Shown here piece by piece: positions 59,307 to 64,000 of a DNA stretch of 64,000 nt (positions are counted from its first letter, which is position 1; every line of letters starts with the position of its first letter). The DNA comes from Promethearchaeota archaeon. GTDB taxonomy: Archaea > Asgardarchaeota > Lokiarchaeia > Sigyniarchaeales > SOKP01. Made by a program: the position numbers and the translations under genes. The stretch is taken from NCBI GenBank assembly GCA_048941015.1, contig JBHLNZ010000002.1:65964-129963 (forward strand), written 5' to 3'. The notes under the pieces are model-generated. The model was not told the DNA's origin. It saw only the letters and a program-made list of their open reading frames with translations, and made no database searches.

Positions 59307-60572
59307 TTATTCCACTAATCCTCCAACTTTTTTCAAAATGAGATTTTTTAATTCTTGAATGTTTCGTTCCATATCATAAAAATCATATTCCAAACCTAAT
59401 CTCGATTTAAGCAACGTTGGTATATGATTCACTTCATAAAACACCGGAATAATGGGTAAACCAATTGCTTCCGCCGCTGTCCACTCTTTTTTGACAGGAA
59501 CCGAGTCCTTAGAGTGTTCAGAGCAAAATAGAAGCATCGCATTACATTTCTCCAAATTTTCATCCATATACTCGAAAATGTTATCTTCCATATCTTCTTC
59601 CCAATACAATACTTTCTCAACTTCAGGCAGATCTGACAATGATTTTGCAATTCCATGGATATTAAAAGTATCCACATCTTTAGTAGCGTAACTTAAAAAT
59701 AATAGTAATTTCGTTTCTAACTTTTCAATTAGTACGGGAGAATTACTGACAGTTTCTTCAGATTTAGGTTTACCTACCATATAAGATGCCAATTTAATCA
59801 ATGCTTCCGAGGGTTTTTTCTTTTTTCGTTCTTTTTTTTTTTGAGGTTTTAATCCAATATATACAATTATTAATCCAATCACAAAAAATGGCCTGAATAT
59901 CATTAGATAAATATTGGGTGCAGAGAGACTATCAAAAATTGCTCCTAATGATACTAGAAAAACTCCAACTGCTATATAAAGAAGTTTTTTTCTAATTAAT
60001 CCTTTAGCTTGTAAACTCCTATAAATAGCTCCAAGCACTAAAAAAATCCATAGGAAAATTATAAAGAAAAAAGATATGATAGATGGAGGAGAACCAAAAA
60101 TAATATAATTGTCAATAAGGTCTTCACCTTCAATTGGAGGAGAAGAACTAATTGTGTAACTGTTCGGTCCAAAAAAGAGAAATAATTCATAAATTACTCC
60201 TAATATCAATATCAATATGTATAAGTATTTCTTTATTTTCGGCGCAACTAATTCTCCAGCAACTACTGACGCACTATAAATCGCTGGAAAAAGCCACATA
60301 AAGCTTAACAAGCATAATATTGGATTGGAGTTATAGGGACCGAAAGAAATAGTGGGAATATTAAAATTTCTCCCAAATGAAATTACGACGAAAAAATCTA
60401 AAATCAAAGATAAAAAATTTAATCCAATAAAAAAAGCACTTAATCCAAAATAAAAAAGCAATTTAGTATTATAGACTTTTGAATACCTTACTTGATAAAA
60501 TCCAAAAATTATGCCAAATAATAAAATAAATAACGCTGAGAGCCCATCGAACCACCCTTCAAAAGAAAGCAT
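59307..60572 (-). CDS. Multi-TM (~7) membrane protein with cytoplasmic TIR domain
   Basis: TM block, polybasic linker, then LFLSYATKD...LLFCSEHS..S..VKKEWTAA....PIIPVF...IPTLL. Confidence 0.88.
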   Translation of the reverse strand: MLSFEGWFDGLSALFILLFGIIFGFYQVRYSKVYNTKLLFYFGLSAFFIGLNFLSLILDFFVVISFGRNFNIPTISFGPYNSNPILCLLSFMWLFPAIYSASVVAGELVAPKIKKYLYILILILGVIYELFLFFGPNSYTISSSPPIEGEDLIDNYIIFGSPPSIISFFFIIFLWIFLVLGAIYRSLQAKGLIRKKLLYIAVGVFLVSLGAIFDSLSAPNIYLMIFRPFFVIGLIIVYIGLKPQKKKERKKKKPSEALIKLASYMVGKPKSEETVSNSPVLIEKLETKLLLFLSYATKDVDTFNIHGIAKSLSDLPEVEKVLYWEEDMEDNIFEYMDENLEKCNAMLLFCSEHSKDSVPVKKEWTAAEAIGLPIIPVFYEVNHIPTLLKSRLGLEYDFYDMERNIQELKNLILKKVGGLVE

Positions 60573-60696
60573 CTTACAACAAACCTACTGATTGATTTTA
60601 TAAAATTGGACTTTCTAATTAAAAGTAAATATGATATGATACTTTATAAAATTTTATAAAAAACACTTATAATCATAAATGGCTTAAAATCACAAT

Positions 60697-61266
60697 TTAA
60701 TAAAACTCATACAGAGTATCTTCCTCTAATCTTAAAATTAAGTTGTTATTGAGATTCTTAAGATTCACTTTCTGAACAGCTTTAATCTCGAACTCCTCTT
60801 TCTCAAGATTGTGCGAATACCAATGTTTCATTATTCCTAACCGTAAGATTTGAGCTTCTTTAATAATAGCCCGAATAAAGTTGAGCCAACGTTCGATTTC
60901 AATTTTTTTTTCATGTTCGGTAAGTGTTTTCAGCTTGTTCTTATCCTTCTTGCCTAATTTCTCTTTAATCCAATTATCAATTTGTTCTTCAGTCCATTTC
61001 ATTTTACGCAAATTTTTTACCTTCTTAGAATTTAAGAGTGATTTGTATTCTTGAGTTTGATTCTCGGAACCAAGGACTGAATTACAATCACAATATGCTT
61101 TTGTTGCTCTTAAATATAAATCTCCTTCTCTTAATTGTGTTTTGATATTCTTATTATCAATTTCTTCAAAAGACATATTATAATTTTTTAGAATTAGGGT
61201 TAAATTCTCTAATTTAGAACCTTTTGGAAGGGAAGCAGTAATATAATAGCACATTAGTCTATTCAC
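60697..61266 (-). CDS. Hypothetical protein (YCDC motif)
   Basis: 189-aa ORF; MCYYITA, YCDCNSVLG, HWY. Confidence 0.7.
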   Translation of the reverse strand: MNRLMCYYITASLPKGSKLENLTLILKNYNMSFEEIDNKNIKTQLREGDLYLRATKAYCDCNSVLGSENQTQEYKSLLNSKKVKNLRKMKWTEEQIDNWIKEKLGKKDKNKLKTLTEHEKKIEIERWLNFIRAIIKEAQILRLGIMKHWYSHNLEKEEFEIKAVQKVNLKNLNNNLILRLEEDTLYEFY

Positions 61267-61394
61267 ATGTTTAATATCTATTATAATACTTATTGATAAA
61301 TACTGGTAAAAAATTTTTTGTTAGTAGCTTTTAGATTTTGATTCCGTTTTTTCAAAGGAATTTTCATTGAAATCAGAATCTGAATTTACCTTTC

Positions 61395-61434
61395 AAAAAA
61401 AAAAAGAAAAACTGCTCACGAACATACTCCACCT
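61395..61434 (-). repeat. Copy 1 of rRNA-trailer direct repeat plus oligo-T terminator
   Basis: AAAAACTGCTCACGAACATACTCC at 61407-61430 is identical to 62402-62425. Confidence 0.9.
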
Positions 61435-61474
61435 TTCTTCTTCTCATCCACTCATCCGTCTTACTTATTCAACT

Positions 61475-62290
61475 TCATCGATCATGACTGAGTTTACTGA
61501 GAAATTCAAGCACCACTTTGTTAAATGGCTTTCCATCTTCTATAAAATTAAGTGTGTGCGCAGCACCATCTAATACTAGAAATTCAGAATCAACAATCTT
61601 GTTATGAATGACTTCGGAATATTCCGGAGGAGTAAGTATATCAAATTCTCCAGCTAAAACTAATGTCGGCTTTTTAATTTTTTGAAGTTGATTAATCACA
61701 TCGAATTTCTTTACAGCTTTCAGGACTGATACAAAAGCATGCACTTGGTCATTATCTTTTAAATATTGTGCTTTAAGAATTTCTATAAAATCTGTATTTC
61801 TTGCGTATATTGTGTCATTTGTAGACCATAAAACAAATTGGGAAAAAATAGCTTCCATGCCTAGTTCTTCTGCAATTAATATCCAATTATCCAGCAAAGT
61901 TTCAAATCTTTTTGAAATTGTACATAAAGTGGCAGCTAATACCAAACTTGAAATTCTATGTGGAAAGTTTAAGGCAAATTGTTGTGCTATCATCCCGCCC
62001 AATGAATGGCCAATTATATGAGCTTTATCCACTTGAAGTTCGTTCAGTAATTCGCTTAAATCCTCCGAGAATATTTCAATAGAATAATCTTGCTTTGGTT
62101 TATCTGTTTTTCCATGGCCTCGTATATCATAAGCTATAACTTTATAATGTTTAGATAATTCAGGAACTTGATATAACCAATGCATTACTGAAGCGGAGCC
62201 ACCATGGATTAAGATTATTGGCTCACCTTCACCTTTTACTTGATAATTGATCTTAATATCATTCACTTTCATTTTTGGCAAAATGAACAC
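61475..62290 (-). CDS. Alpha/beta hydrolase (3-oxoadipate enol-lactonase-like)
   Basis: LIHG, DIRGHG, GHSLGG nucleophile, GEFD, AAH. Confidence 0.92.
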   Translation of the reverse strand: MFILPKMKVNDIKINYQVKGEGEPIILIHGGSASVMHWLYQVPELSKHYKVIAYDIRGHGKTDKPKQDYSIEIFSEDLSELLNELQVDKAHIIGHSLGGMIAQQFALNFPHRISSLVLAATLCTISKRFETLLDNWILIAEELGMEAIFSQFVLWSTNDTIYARNTDFIEILKAQYLKDNDQVHAFVSVLKAVKKFDVINQLQKIKKPTLVLAGEFDILTPPEYSEVIHNKIVDSEFLVLDGAAHTLNFIEDGKPFNKVVLEFLSKLSHDR

Positions 62291-62379
62291 CTGAAGTTCT
62301 AAATTAAGATTTCTTAGGTTGAAAAAAAGGATAATTGTCTCATATTTAAACCTTTACGTTTCTGTCAATAATTATCAAA

Positions 62380-62429
62380 TTAAAATAAAAAAAGAAAAAA
62401 TAAAAACTGCTCACGAACATACTCCGCCT
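62380..62429 (-). terminator. rRNA trailer: copy 2 of direct repeat followed by oligo-T terminator
   Basis: RNA sense GGAGUAUGUUCGUGAGCAG followed by UUUUUAUUUUUUCUUUUUUU, about 100 nt past the 23S 3' end. Confidence 0.65.
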
Positions 62430-62524
62430 CATCTAAACCATTCATCTCACTCTAATTCTTATCCTGCTCCTTCCACAAACCTATCACGCCCTAAGCCTGA
62501 ACCCGAACTCCTCTTTCGATATGC

Positions 62525-64000
<1,476 letters not shown>

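Overview
AT-rich archaeal chromosome segment, very probably an Asgard (Lokiarchaeia-like) archaeon. The core genes are cdc6/orc1, PolD DP1 and DP2, rpoH-rpoB, TFE, PAN, MBF1, NAC, Cbf5, RtcB with archease, CarS, class III RNR, ThiL, PanB, MfnA and IlvE. Among them sit eukaryotic-signature proteins: four small GTPases (roadblock-Rab, Rab with Pro-rich repeats, Arf/Rag-like, plain Rab-like), three longin-like proteins, a profilin homolog, an Sds22-type LRR protein, SCP2, AN1-HEAT and a multi-TM TIR protein. There are four tRNAs: Leu-GAG (one T-loop intron), Thr-CGT (two non-canonical introns), Lys-TTT and Cys-GCA. The window ends in the 3' part of a minus-strand 23S rRNA. The most notable signals outside the ORF track are: a bulge-helix-bulge-shaped insertion in 23S helix 91, a ~190-nt ES39, a 24-bp direct repeat of the rRNA trailer bracketing a hydrolase gene, a ~110-nt end-paired intergenic element, a 26-aa Cys-containing small ORF near membrane-sensor genes, ORB-like boxes at the cdc6 promoter, and two genes whose coding frame extends upstream of any canonical start. 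No CRISPR array, transposase or prophage was seen. All family assignments come from motif recognition by eye, not database searches.
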